Assembly: GCA_963748045.1 (NCBI GenBank) | Contig: CAVVIC010000004.1 | Coordinates: 212,775-276,774 of the forward strand | DNA: 64,000 nt | Direction of reading: 5' to 3' | Source: an uncultured Gammaproteobacteria bacterium | GTDB lineage: Bacteria; Pseudomonadota; Gammaproteobacteria; Steroidobacterales; Rariloculaceae | Shown here: positions 40,403 through 50,619 of the stretch, piece after piece | Layout: every line of letters starts with the position of its first letter | Position numbering within the stretch: position 1 is the first letter of the stretch | Program-made: the position numbers and the translations under genes | The notes under the pieces: generated by a model | Seen by the model: the letters and a program-made list of their open reading frames with translations, nothing else | Told to the model about the DNA's origin: nothing | Databases searched by the model: none

Positions 40403-43400
40403 ATGACGCATTCACCGCGGGTTCTTATCGCCGCCGCATGCGGAATGGTGGCGCTGCTGGCTGGAGAAGCGCAGGCGCAGTCCGACACTGCGCTCGACGC
40501 GCGCCTCGATGCGCTCGAAGCGCAAGTCACCGCCGCCGAGGACCTGAGCGCGCTGAAGCGCCTCCAGCGCGAGTACGGCTACTACGTCGACAAGGGCATG
40601 TGGGAAGACGTCGCCGATCTCTACGCCGACGACGCCGTCGCGAACTATCCCGCCGGCACGTACATCGGCAAGCCGAGCATCCGCAAGCACCTGTACATGA
40701 ACGTCGGCGGCGGCCAGGTCGGTGAAAATGGTCTTCCCGAGAACCGAATCTACAACCACATCAACATCCAGCCGGTCGTCCACCTCGACGCGGGCGGTCA
40801 GAGCGCGAAAGGGCGTTGGCGCGCGTTCGCGATGTTCGGCAGCTTCGGCGGCGGCGCCACGTGGGCAGAGGGCGTGTACGAGATGACGTACGCGAAGGAC
40901 CACGGCGTGTGGAAGATCAAGAACCTCGATTACCACTCGGGCTTCGGCGCGGCGTACGCGACGGGCTGGGTGCCGCCCGAGCCCCGGCCAGCGGCTGCGG
41001 CGGGTGCAGGCGGCGGCCGCGGCGGGCTGCGCAACCTGCCGTATCCGGCGGACAAGCCGCGCGAGGAAGCGTGCGCGGGCTTCCCGGCCGCGTGCGTCGG
41101 TCCGTTCCACTACACGAACCCTGGCGTCACGGACGCGGGCCACGCCTGGACTACGGTCACGTTGCTGCCGACGACGGGGCGCAAGCCGGCCGCGCGTGAT
41201 CGCGCGCAGACGCTCGCGGAGCGCACGCAACGGCTCGCCGACGAGCAGGAAGTCGAAAACCTGCAGAAGATCTACGGCTACTACTTCGACCGGCGCATGT
41301 GGGACGACGTCGCCGATCTCTTCGCCGACAACGGCACGATCGAGATGGGGCAGCAGGGCGTGTACGTCGGCAAAGCCCGCGTGCGGCAGTTCCTGAATCT
41401 GCTCGGGCCGGCCGGCATCGGCGACGGCGAGGTCAACGACCACGTGCAGCTGCAAGTCGTGGTCGATGTGGCGTCGGACGGTCGCACGGCGAAGGCGCGC
41501 AGCCGCGAGCTGAACATGACCGGCGAGCTGAACAAGCACGGCGAGTGGAGCGAAGGCGTCTACGAGAACACGTTCGTCAAGGACAACGGCGTTTGGAAGC
41601 TGAAGGACCTGCGTTACTTCCCCACGTTCATCACCGACTACGACCAGGGCTGGGGCAAGGACGCGAAACCGGCACCCGGCGCGAGCAAGGAGCTGCCGCC
41701 CGATCGGCCGCCGACGAGCGTGTACGCGATCTATCCGAAGCCGCACATTCCGCCGTATCACTACGACAATCCGGTGTCGGGCGCTGCGCCGCGGTACCCC
41801 GAAGCGCGCGGCCGGCCGAGCGTCGCGGCGATTGCGGCCGTGCGCGCGACGCGTCGTGGCGACGGGTGCGCGGCCGCGCAAGGCGCAGGTGCGCGACGTG
41901 GCGGCGCTCCTAGCCGAAACCGAGAAGCAAGTCGGCCGCGTGAAGGACTTCCACGAGATCGACAATCTCGTGAGCGCCTACGGCTACTACCTCGACAAGA
42001 ACCTGTGGAACGATCTCGCGAACCTGTTCTCCGCGAACGGCTCGATCGAGCTCGCGCAGCGCGGCTCGTACGTTGGCCGCGAGCGCGTGCGCGGCTTCCT
42101 GTTCAACGTGTTCGGCAAGGAAGGGCCGAGCGAGAACCGTCTCGGCAACCACATCCAGTACCAGGCGGTGATCCACGTCGCGGCCGACGGTGAGACGGCC
42201 AAGGTCCGTTCGCGCATGCTGCAGCAGCTGAACTTCGGCCAGCGCGCGTCGATGGGCGCATCGCTGTACGAGAACGAGTTCGTGAAGGAAGGCGGCGTGT
42301 GGAAGTTCAGCGTCGATCACACGTTCAACACGTGGACGGCGGGCTACGAGGGCGGCTGGGCGCGCAATCCGGGCCGCGGCGTGCCGGGGCCGAGCAAGAG
42401 CTATCCGCCCGACACACCGCCGACGTTCGTGTTCCAGATGTTCCCGACGGTGTACGAGATCCCGTTCCACTATCCGCACCCGGTCACCGGCCGGCAGACG
42501 AGCGCGGCCAAACCGAATCCACCGGAGCGAACGAGCGCCGTGAAGACTCCCGCTGTTGATCTCGGCATGCCGGCTGAAATCGCGACCGAGCTGCGTGCGA
42601 TCGGGGCGCGCATCGAAGTGGAGAAGACCACGGCGTTGTACGCGCCGCTGCAGCCGAAGGAACCGTACGCGTGGCTCAAAGTCACGCGCGATCTGCGCTA
42701 CGGACCGGCCGAGCGCAACGTGCTCGACGTGTTCGCGTCGCCCAAAATCGGGGTGGGCAAGCCCGTCGTCGTGTTCGTGCACGGCGGCGGCTTCGCCCGC
42801 GGCGCGAAGCGCGCCGAAGGCACGCCGTTCTACGACAACATCGGGCTGTGGGCCGCGGGCTACGGGTTCGTCGGCGTCACGATCAACTACCGGCTCGCGC
42901 CGCAGAGCACGTGGCCTTCGGGCATCGAGGATCTCGGCGCCGTCGTCGCGTGGCTCAAGGCGAACATTACGCAGTACGGCGGCGATCCGAACAAGATCGT
43001 GCTCTGGGGGCACTCGGCGGGTGCGGCGCACGTGGGCGACTACGTGGCGAGCCAAGCGAACCGCGGCGCGGCGGCTGGCATTGCCGGCGCCGTGTTGACG
43101 TCGGGGTTCTACGATCTCGGCAAGGAAGTCTCCGTGTGGAAGGTCTATTACGGCGACGACGTGTCGAAGTACGCCGAGCGTTCGTCGCTGCCGGGGCTCG
43201 TGACCACCGCCGTGCCGCTGCTCGCGACCGACGCGGAGCTCGATCCTGAGATGTTCCAGACGGAAACGAAGAAGCTCGTCGACGCGCGTACGGCCGCCGG
43301 CAAGGCAATCTCGCACGTGCATCTACCCGGGCACTCGCACATCTCCGAGACGTATGCCGTCGGCACCGGCGATCGCTCGCTGGCGGGGCCGGTGCTCGAG

Positions 43401-43436
43401 TTCGTGCGGCGCGTAACGGGCGGGCCGGGTACCTGA
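40403..43436 (+). pseudogene. Secreted three-fold NTF2/SnoaL_4-like repeat protein fused to a C-terminal alpha/beta-hydrolase (esterase) domain; one frame shift near 41850
   Basis: Signal peptide VLIAAACGMVALLAGEAQA. Three repeats of about 160 aa (KRLQREYGYYVDKGMWEDVADLYADD; NLQKIYGYYFDRRMWDDVADLFADN; NLVSAYGYYLDKNLWNDLANLFSAN), each followed by P(F/Y)HYxxPV(T/S)(D/G). The esterase part carries VVVFVHGGGF and VLWGHSAGA. Confidence 0.75.
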
Positions 43437-43476
43437 TGCCCGGCGGCGGGCCTCTGGGCCGCGACGTGCGAGCGCA

Positions 43477-43944
43477 ATGAGCAGAGCATTCGTCAAAGAG
43501 GGCGACGACGACATCGAGCCGCTGCCGGAGCTCGTCGTTAGCCCGCATCCGAATTTCGTGACACCCGCCGGGCTCGCGCTGATCGAGCAACGCGTCGCAG
43601 CGCTCGAAGCAGAGCAGCGCGCGGCGCGCAGCGGCGACGACAAGGCGCTGCTCGCAAGGATCAACCGCGACCTCCGCTACTGGACGCAGCGGCGCGCGAG
43701 CGTGCGCCTCGTGCCCACTGCGGTTGCGCCCATCGAAGTCGTGCGCTTCGGTGTCGCCGTCTCGCTGCGATTCGCGGACGGCAGTGAGCGAACCTTCCGC
43801 ATCGTGGGCGAGGACGAATCTGGCCCCGTGAATGGCCTTGTGAGCTGGGTCGCGCCCGTCGGGAGAGCGCTAACCGGCAAGGCAGTGGGCGACATCGTCC
43901 AAGCTCTGGGCCGGGAGGCCGAGATCGTCGCGCTGACGCCCTGA
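43477..43944 (+). CDS. GreA/GreB-family protein (Rnk-like regulator)
   Basis: 155 aa, intact. MSRAFVKEGDDDIEPLP start, coiled-coil segment, then C-terminal FKBP-like text VRFGVAVSLRFADGSERTFRIVGEDES..VSWVAPVGRALTGKAVGDIV. Confidence 0.75.
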   Translation: MSRAFVKEGDDDIEPLPELVVSPHPNFVTPAGLALIEQRVAALEAEQRAARSGDDKALLARINRDLRYWTQRRASVRLVPTAVAPIEVVRFGVAVSLRFADGSERTFRIVGEDESGPVNGLVSWVAPVGRALTGKAVGDIVQALGREAEIVALTP

Positions 43945-43974
43945 CAGAGACTTCGCAACGAGGTCCCGCCGGGC

Positions 43975-44014
43975 AAAAAAAGGGCGTTGACGGTTGCCCG
44001 TCAACGCCCGATTT
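43975..44014. terminator. Bidirectional rho-independent terminator
   Basis: A7 run (43975-43981), 12-bp stem GGGCGTTGACGG (43982-43993), loop TTGC, stem CCGTCAACGCCC (43998-44009), then GATTT. On the minus strand the stem is followed by T7, so it is a strong terminator for the TonB-dependent receptor gene. Confidence 0.8.
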
Positions 44015-44047
44015 GGCTTAAAGAGACTTGCCTCGTTCGTTCCCGGA

Positions 44048-46543
44048 TCAGAAGTGGAACGTGAGCGAGGTGCTGATCTCGCGCGGCCGTGCCACGGTCG
44101 CGAAGTCGTAGCCCCAGATGCCATGGAAGAACCCGGAGTTCAGCTGGTACTCGTTGGTCAGGTTCGTTCCGAACAACGACCAATCCCACTTGCTGTTCGC
44201 CGGCGAGTAGGTCAGGCGTGCGTTGAACTGGCCGAAGTCGCCGCTCTCGTCGCTGAAGCCCGGCAGGATACCGGTGCGGTTGGCAGCGTAGTAGGCCACA
44301 CGCAGCGTCGGGTCAGGTGACCGCCAGTACTGGCTTACGTACGTATAGTCAAACCGTGTCGTGAGCGAACCGCCACTCCTCAGGCTCGCATCGTGCTGAA
44401 CACCGAGGTTGACCGTTTTCTTCGGCGCTTGGCTGAACTGGGTCTGGCCTGGGACGTACGCCGCCGCGGTCGGCACTGTGATCTTGTCGTACCCCGTGTC
44501 GAGCAAGCCAAGGTTCACGTTGAACGTCAGTTTGCTCGTCGGTACCACGATCATCTCGAGCTCTGCGCCCTTTGCATGCGCCGTACCCACGTTCTGCGGA
44601 ACGACGGATCTCGTGTCGGTACAGGGCGGGGTCCCGTTAGGTCCCGTGCAGACGCGGAGCGCCAGGTTCACCTGGATGTCCTCCCACTTCGTGTCGAACA
44701 GCGTAGCGTTCAGCCGCAGATGCCCGTTCGCCAGGTCGGAACGGATACCGACCTCGAAGTTATTCAGGGTTTCAGGCACGACCGAGTACAGCTGGAATGT
44801 TGTCGTTCCTGGTAGGAGGACGAACGTTGAGCTGCCGGAGTTGAAGCCCTGCGAGTAGCTCGCGTAGCCCATGACGTCTTTCGTGAACTGGTACTTCGCC
44901 GAGAGTCTGCCGGTGACTTTATCGAACGAGGAAGGCGTATACCCGTTGTTGTTGGCGGCCGGATTGGATCTGATGCCCGCCAGCGGATCCCCTGAAAACT
45001 CGCGGTTCACGTAGTACGGCGCTTGGGTTGTCGGTGTCATGCTCTGAGTGAAGTTGTTCTGGCTATGCTCACGCGCACCGACCGTCAGCGTGAACTTGTC
45101 GGTCAGTGACATGGTCACTTCGCCGAACAACGCGACGCCCTTAGTGCCGGCCTCCGTCAGCGTTCCGCCGATGTTGTTGAAGTTACGCAGCGTCGAGAAG
45201 CCCTTGTAGAACGCGATGCCAGCCTGGCAGTTGGCGGGGCCGTTCAGATTCGCAGGGACGGGGGCGACGGCCAGAGCCTGGCAGAACGGGCTGGCGTACA
45301 GAGCAGCCACGTTCGCGTTGTCTCCACGCGTGATAGGGTCTGTGTTGAAGTCCTCGAACGCGTAGGAGACGCCGCGCGTGCGTCGGGTCTCTTCCCAGTA
45401 GAAGGCGCCGGCCACCCATTTCACCTTGTCTCCGCCGCCGGCGATCTGAACCTCCTGGCTGAAGAAGTGAATGTGTTGGTTCGACGTGTCTTCGACCAAG
45501 CCGTACTGGCTGTTGTCGTAGTCTACGAAAATCTTCGCGACCTGGTCCGTATAGCCGGTCAGGAAATCGAGCGAAAGCTTGTCCGTAAGGGCGAGCTTCA
45601 CGTCGAATGAGGCCTGATCCTTCACGATCTTGTTCGGGATCGTGATTTCGGAGCGGTTCTCCCACTTCCCGACCTGGCCGCCGGGCCAGCCGGACATTTG
45701 ACAGATCTGGTTATAGCAAAGGCCCGCATTGTCGTACAACTTCCCCGCGGTGGCCGGAGAGAAAGCCGTATCCAACCAGACGGCGTCCGCGACGCGCGGC
45801 TCGGTGAACTGGTCGTTCTGCCGGCTCAATTGAGCTCGAATGTCGAGCTTCTCGGTCGGCGTCCAGACGAGATCGCCGCGGACAGTGGACTGGTCGATGC
45901 CGCCGCCCTTGTTGCCCGTCTGGAGGCTCTTGATATAGCCGTCGCGGTTCAAGTCGGCGAACGTAAACTTGGACTTCACCTTGTCGCTGAACGGCAAATT
46001 GGCGGTGATCGTCGCATCGTGGCGATTGAACGAGCCGACCGTGCCTTTGAACGTGCCGCCGAACTCGTCGGTCGGGCGCTTAGTAAATATGCGCACGGCG
46101 CCGCCGACCGAGTCGCGGCCGAACAGCGTGCCCTGCGGACCGCGCAGGATCTCGAGACGATCGAGATCGGAGAATTCTTCCGTCAACAGCCCTTGGGTGC
46201 TGATCTGCCAAATGCCGTCGATGTAGGTGCCGACGTTGGGAATGCCGCGCACGCGGAAGGTCGTTGCCGATGTGCCCGAACCGCCCGCGCTGCCCATGAC
46301 GTTGAGGTTCGGCACCGCTGCGTTCAGGCTCTCTACGTTCTGGATGCCGCGCATCTGGAGACCGTCTCCCGTGATCGCGACGATCGAAATCGGAACCTCT
46401 TGCAGATTCTCGGAGCGGCGAGTCGCCGTGACGACGATCTCTTCGAGAGCGCCGGACTGTTGGGCGAAAGCGGCTTGGGTCGCCAGACCGCCAACGCCGG
46501 TTAATGCCGTGATAACGGCAACGTGGACTTTACTCAATTTCAT
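44048..46543 (-). CDS. TonB-dependent outer-membrane receptor
   Basis: 831 aa from ATG 46543, intact. Signal peptide, plug start LEEIVVTATRRSENLQEVPISIVAI, many beta-strand repeats, terminal aromatic SLTFHF. Locally lower G+C than its neighbours. Confidence 0.9.
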   Translation of the reverse strand: MKLSKVHVAVITALTGVGGLATQAAFAQQSGALEEIVVTATRRSENLQEVPISIVAITGDGLQMRGIQNVESLNAAVPNLNVMGSAGGSGTSATTFRVRGIPNVGTYIDGIWQISTQGLLTEEFSDLDRLEILRGPQGTLFGRDSVGGAVRIFTKRPTDEFGGTFKGTVGSFNRHDATITANLPFSDKVKSKFTFADLNRDGYIKSLQTGNKGGGIDQSTVRGDLVWTPTEKLDIRAQLSRQNDQFTEPRVADAVWLDTAFSPATAGKLYDNAGLCYNQICQMSGWPGGQVGKWENRSEITIPNKIVKDQASFDVKLALTDKLSLDFLTGYTDQVAKIFVDYDNSQYGLVEDTSNQHIHFFSQEVQIAGGGDKVKWVAGAFYWEETRRTRGVSYAFEDFNTDPITRGDNANVAALYASPFCQALAVAPVPANLNGPANCQAGIAFYKGFSTLRNFNNIGGTLTEAGTKGVALFGEVTMSLTDKFTLTVGAREHSQNNFTQSMTPTTQAPYYVNREFSGDPLAGIRSNPAANNNGYTPSSFDKVTGRLSAKYQFTKDVMGYASYSQGFNSGSSTFVLLPGTTTFQLYSVVPETLNNFEVGIRSDLANGHLRLNATLFDTKWEDIQVNLALRVCTGPNGTPPCTDTRSVVPQNVGTAHAKGAELEMIVVPTSKLTFNVNLGLLDTGYDKITVPTAAAYVPGQTQFSQAPKKTVNLGVQHDASLRSGGSLTTRFDYTYVSQYWRSPDPTLRVAYYAANRTGILPGFSDESGDFGQFNARLTYSPANSKWDWSLFGTNLTNEYQLNSGFFHGIWGYDFATVARPREISTSLTFHF

Positions 46544-46843
46544 GGATACCCCCAGTTGGTGTGTGTCGGCCCTGACTTCCGTCGCTGACCGCTCTAGATG
46601 CACGATGGCCAGGCCCCCGCCCAGCCGCAGACGAAACTAACTGTCCCTGTAGTTTTCTCGAGTCTGCAAAAGAAGACAGCGGGCGTCAATGCCCACGTAG
46701 TTTGTGGCTTTTTCGAGACGGGTATGCAGGATGCTACTAGAAACACCAGCTGGGAACGGCCTCGCCCGCAGCCGTGCTGCGATTTCAGGGGGTGTTGGTA
46801 GCCCTGCGGGGTCGTTGGGCGCCAGCAACGACGCGGGTTCCGG

Positions 46844-47773
46844 CTACCCCAGAAACCCCTCCCCGATGGATAGGTTTTGCGTCTCCACCCCAGTACCGGA
46901 ACGCTTTTGTTCAACGGTCCAGCGCACCTCGATGCCGCTTTCGGCGCCCCCGGTTTCGCTGGACACGCGCAGCTCGATCTCGTCGCCCGCGCACCCCGCG
47001 ACGGGCATAAGCAGGGGCAGATAGATCTGATCCCAGTGCGTGCGGGGGCTGAAGGGGCTCGTCGTCAGCACTACGCCCGGGGCCAGCGTGCACTCCCACC
47101 ACAACGCGAATCCGTAGATGGGGGTGTCCGCGGCGAGGCACCAGGTGGCCGTGCCCGAGCGTCGGCTGTCGATGACGCCGCTGAAGTCGAGCGCGTCCCA
47201 GGTCGCGGCCGGGGCCGCCAGGAGATCGCCGGGCTCGATCGCGAACACGTACATGTTGTTGCGTGTCACGCGCTCGGCGTCGGACCAGTCGAGGCCGAAG
47301 CCGACACGCCGCCAACTCGCGAGGTCGCGCTCGAAGCGGTCGCTCGTGACCGGCGCCGCCCACTGCACGATCGAGCTTGGGATCAGCGTGCCGCCCGGCT
47401 TCAGGAAGCGCCGCGCGTCGCGCAGCGTCTCGAGCACGTCCTCTTCGTAGGCGAAGTTACCGAGCACTTCGGCCACGACGACGTCGACGAGCGGTGGATC
47501 CTCGACGTCCAGCGAGCGCGCCGGCACGAAATTCAAACCGTCGATGCCGTTACGCGCTGCGACGACTTCGGCGAGCTCGAGTGCCGCGCCAGGATCATAG
47601 AGCCACACCTCGCGCGCGCCGAGCTGCCGCGCGAAAAACGCGAGGACGCCGGTGCCGGCGCCGATGTCCGCTACGGTGCTCTGCCCGGGGCGAATCGCCT
47701 GCTCGAGCGCTGCACGAAACGCGTCGTGGCGGACTCGATCGGCGAGCATGCGTCGATGGAACTCGATCGACAT
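46844..47773 (-). CDS. Protein arginine N-methyltransferase (PRMT)-like class I SAM methyltransferase
   Basis: 309 aa, intact. FHRRMLADRVRHDAFRAAL (PRMT N-terminal helix); motif I VADIGAGTGVLAFFARQLGA; double-E loop VVAEVLGNFAYEEDVLE; FLKPGGTLIP; THW loop SPRTHWDQIYLPL. The start is 6 nt after the DUF4159 stop. Confidence 0.7.
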   Translation of the reverse strand: MSIEFHRRMLADRVRHDAFRAALEQAIRPGQSTVADIGAGTGVLAFFARQLGAREVWLYDPGAALELAEVVAARNGIDGLNFVPARSLDVEDPPLVDVVVAEVLGNFAYEEDVLETLRDARRFLKPGGTLIPSSIVQWAAPVTSDRFERDLASWRRVGFGLDWSDAERVTRNNMYVFAIEPGDLLAAPAATWDALDFSGVIDSRRSGTATWCLAADTPIYGFALWWECTLAPGVVLTTSPFSPRTHWDQIYLPLLMPVAGCAGDEIELRVSSETGGAESGIEVRWTVEQKRSGTGVETQNLSIGEGFLG

Positions 47774-47779
47774 GCCGGC

Positions 47780-48550
47780 TCAATGCGTCATCGCATACAG
47801 GATGTAGTTGACGTACGTCCGCATCCCCATGGCCGAGTATTTCTCGGGATATGTCGGCGTGTCGGAATGCTCAACCGAGTCGCCGAGATCCATGTTGTGA
47901 CAGATCGCTACCATGACGCGGCCGTGATCGTCGTAGATGCCGCGCCAGCGCGGTATGACGCCGTCCTGTTCGTAGGTGCGGTGACTGAACAGGAACTGCG
48001 CGCCCGGAATCTGCTCGCGATGGTCGAGATCCCAGAACGTGTGGAAGATCTGGTCGTCGTCCGGCAGCTCGACGATCGGCCGGTCGGGGAACACGCGCTG
48101 CATGCTCTCGATGAAGATGCGCCACTCGCGCGAGCCGTGGAAGTCGTCGACCATCAGGAACCCGCCGCGCAACAGATACTCGCCCAGCTTTGCCGCTTGC
48201 GCGTTGGTCAGGTCCCACTGGCCGACCTCGACGGCGTAGAGCCACGGCCAATAGAACACGTCGTCGCCGTCTTCGAGATTCACGGGTTGCTCGACCGAGC
48301 GCGCGTCGATCACGGTCAGGCGGCGGACCATTTCGGCGACGTGCCGGTCAGCTCGCGGGTAGTCGATCGTCCAGGTCGTGCCGCCGTACACCCACTCGCT
48401 GCCCCAACCGATCGTGGGGTACATCAGGCGTGCGAAGGTCCACTCGCCCGCGTTCTGGTAATCCGTGGGTAGCTCGAAGTCGTAGTACTCGACGCCTGGG
48501 AACTGCCGAAACGGCTTCGGTGCCGCGAACGCGATGCCGACGACACACAA
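47780..48550 (-). CDS. Secreted DUF4159-domain protein (paralog 2)
   Basis: Track ORF starts at TTG 48550. RRRYALLAAAAALCVVGIAFA continues in frame upstream, and an ATG at 48637 is separated by an in-frame TGA, so the N terminus is probably disturbed. Core: WTIDYPRADRHVAEMVRRLT, FYWPWLYAVEVGQWDLTNAQAAKLGEYLLRGGFLMVDDFHGSREWRIFIESMQRVFPDRPI, DDDQIFH. Confidence 0.75.
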   Translation of the reverse strand: MCVVGIAFAAPKPFRQFPGVEYYDFELPTDYQNAGEWTFARLMYPTIGWGSEWVYGGTTWTIDYPRADRHVAEMVRRLTVIDARSVEQPVNLEDGDDVFYWPWLYAVEVGQWDLTNAQAAKLGEYLLRGGFLMVDDFHGSREWRIFIESMQRVFPDRPIVELPDDDQIFHTFWDLDHREQIPGAQFLFSHRTYEQDGVIPRWRGIYDDHGRVMVAICHNMDLGDSVEHSDTPTYPEKYSAMGMRTYVNYILYAMTH

Positions 48551-48741
48551 AGCCGCGGCAGCCGCCAGCAGGGCGTAGCGTCGGCGTGTTTTCGGAGGGG
48601 CTCGCGGTGGGGCTCGGAGCGTTCACGTCCGGAGCATAACGAAGTCGTCCGGACGCCGCACTACGACTGCGTTTCCGCCATCGCGTTCCAAAGCCGCAGC
48701 GGGTATTCTTGGCGACCGTTTTCGCGCAGGCGTTCCCGCCG

Positions 48742-50129
48742 ATGAAAGACCTGACCCAAGGCTCGATCGTTCGCAACATTCTCGCGATGGCGGCGCCAAT
48801 GGCGGCGGGCATGATTTTTCAGACGCTGTACTTCTTGGTCGACCTGTATTTCGTTGCCGGGATCGGCGATGCGGCCGTCGCCGGCGTCGGTGCGGCCGGC
48901 ACGCTGATGTTCGTGATCATGGCGCTGACGCAGGTGCTCGGCGTCGGCGCGGTGTCGCTGATCGCGCAGGCCGTCGGGCGTCGGGATCGTGCGGACGCGA
49001 ATCTCGTGTTCAACCAGTCGCTGTTGTTCGCGGGTGCTTGCGCGCTCGCGACGCTGCTCGGCGGCTACTCGCTGGCGCGCGGCTACGTCGGTTCCATTGC
49101 GGCCGACGCCGCGACGCAGCAGGCCGGCGTCACCTACCTGTATTGGTTCCTGCCGGGATTGGCGCTCGGTTTCGCACAGGTCGTCATGGGTTCCGCGTTG
49201 CGCGGCACCGGCATCGTGAAACCGACCATGGCCATCCAGGCGTTGACCGTGCTGCTTGAACACGTTGCTCGCGCCGATCCTGATCGCAGGGTGGGGCACG
49301 GGCGTGCCGCTCGGCGTCGCGGGTGCGGGCCTCGCGAGCTCGGTGTCGATCGCGATCGGCATCGTGCTGCTGGCGTGGTACTTCGTGCGGTTGGAGAAGT
49401 ACGTCGGCTTCGACGCGCACCTGTGGCACCCGCAGCTCAAGGTCTGGAAGCGGATGCTCGAGGTCGGGTTGCCCGCCGGCGGTGAGTTCGCGCTGATGTT
49501 CATCTATATGGCGGTCATCTATTGGGTCATCAGCGAACATGGGCGCCGCCGCACAGGCCGGCTTCGGCATCGGCTCGCGGATCATGCAGTCGATCTTCAT
49601 GCCGGCCATGGCGATCGCGTTCGCGGCCGGCCCGATCGCCGGCCAGAACTTCGGTGCGGGGCAGGGCGTGCGTGTCCGCGAGACGTTTGCCAAGGCGCTG
49701 GTCCTGAACACGGTCGTGATGGTGCTCGTCACCGTGTTCCTGCAGTGGCGGCCCGAGGTGCTGGTCGCGTTCTTCACGCCGGAGGCCGAAGCGCAAGCCG
49801 TCGGCGCCACGTTCCTGCGCATCATCTCGTGGACGTTCGTCGCGCAAGGCGTCGTGTTCACGTGCTCCGGGGTATTCCAGGGGCTCGGCAATACGATTCC
49901 GGCCATGTTGAGCTCCGCCGTGCGGTTGGCGTTCTTCGTGCCGCTTGCGGTTTGGTTGTCGGCGCAGCAGAGCTTTCACCTCGACGAGGTCTGGTACCTG
50001 TCGGTCGCCACGGTCTGGTTGCAGGCCACGGTCAGCTACGTTCTGATGCGCCAGCAGTTCCGGCGGCGGCTCACAGCCGCGCCGCGCCCGTCTGCGCCAG
50101 CACCGGCGGCCGTGGTCGCAGAAGGCTGA
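48742..50129 (+). pseudogene. MATE-family efflux transporter, two frame shifts (about 49255 and 49535)
   Basis: MKDLTQGSIVRNILAMAAPMAAGMIFQTLYFLVDLYFVAGIGDAAVAGVG is a typical MATE N terminus. About 12 TM segments are spread over three frames. The second half reads AAAQAGFGIGSRIMQSIFMPAMAIAFAAGPIAGQNFGAG. Confidence 0.8.
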
Positions 50130-50225
50130 AGTTTTCGCACGGCTGGCGGCCGTGTCTTCGCGAACCGCGCGTCCGCGGGTACCATCCCCGCTGTACCCAC
50201 CCGCAAACCCCTTCGGGAGGCAGCC

Positions 50226-50597
50226 ATGCAAACACGATTCGTCGCTCTGGCCGGTACCTTCGCATTGGCGCTCGGCGCGCCCGCGCTCGCGCATCACGGC
50301 TGGGGAGGCCAGCAAACCGACAAGACGGAGATCTCGGGCACGTTGAAAACCGACGTGAGCCTCGCCGGCCCGCACGCCACGCTGCAGATCACCGACGACA
50401 AGGGCCAGGTGTGGGACGTCACTTTGGCGCCGCCGCCGCGCACGCAGAACGCCGGCCTCATGCCCGGCCTCATCCCCGTCGGGGCGAAGGTCAAGATCGT
50501 CGGCAATCGCAACAGCGATCTGAAGAAGTTCGAGATCAAGACCGTCCGCGTGACCTACGCCGGCAAGAACTACGACGTCTACCCCGACCGCACGTAG
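50226..50597 (+). CDS. DUF6152-family small periplasmic protein (paralog 2)
   Basis: 123 aa, intact. Signal peptide ends ALA, then HHGWGGQ..GTLKTDVSLAGPHATLQITD. Same layout as 9204-9611. Confidence 0.65.
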   Translation: MQTRFVALAGTFALALGAPALAHHGWGGQQTDKTEISGTLKTDVSLAGPHATLQITDDKGQVWDVTLAPPPRTQNAGLMPGLIPVGAKVKIVGNRNSDLKKFEIKTVRVTYAGKNYDVYPDRT

Positions 50598-50619
50598 CCG
50601 CTAAACGAGTCGACGCCGC

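Noticed and set aside
46544-46843. Cobalamin or TPP riboswitch in the TonB-dependent receptor leader
   Set aside because: A weak resemblance (GAAGTCAGGGCC) to part of the B12 box is not accompanied by the other conserved cores (GGGAA, GCCACTG) or by TPP motifs (CTGAGA, ACCTGA). I cannot support an RNA element by eye.
46800-46846. Hairpin after the PRMT-like gene as a rho-independent terminator
   Set aside because: It has only a 7-bp stem (GTCGTTG/CAACGAC) plus an imperfect outer stem, and no U-run follows on the minus strand.
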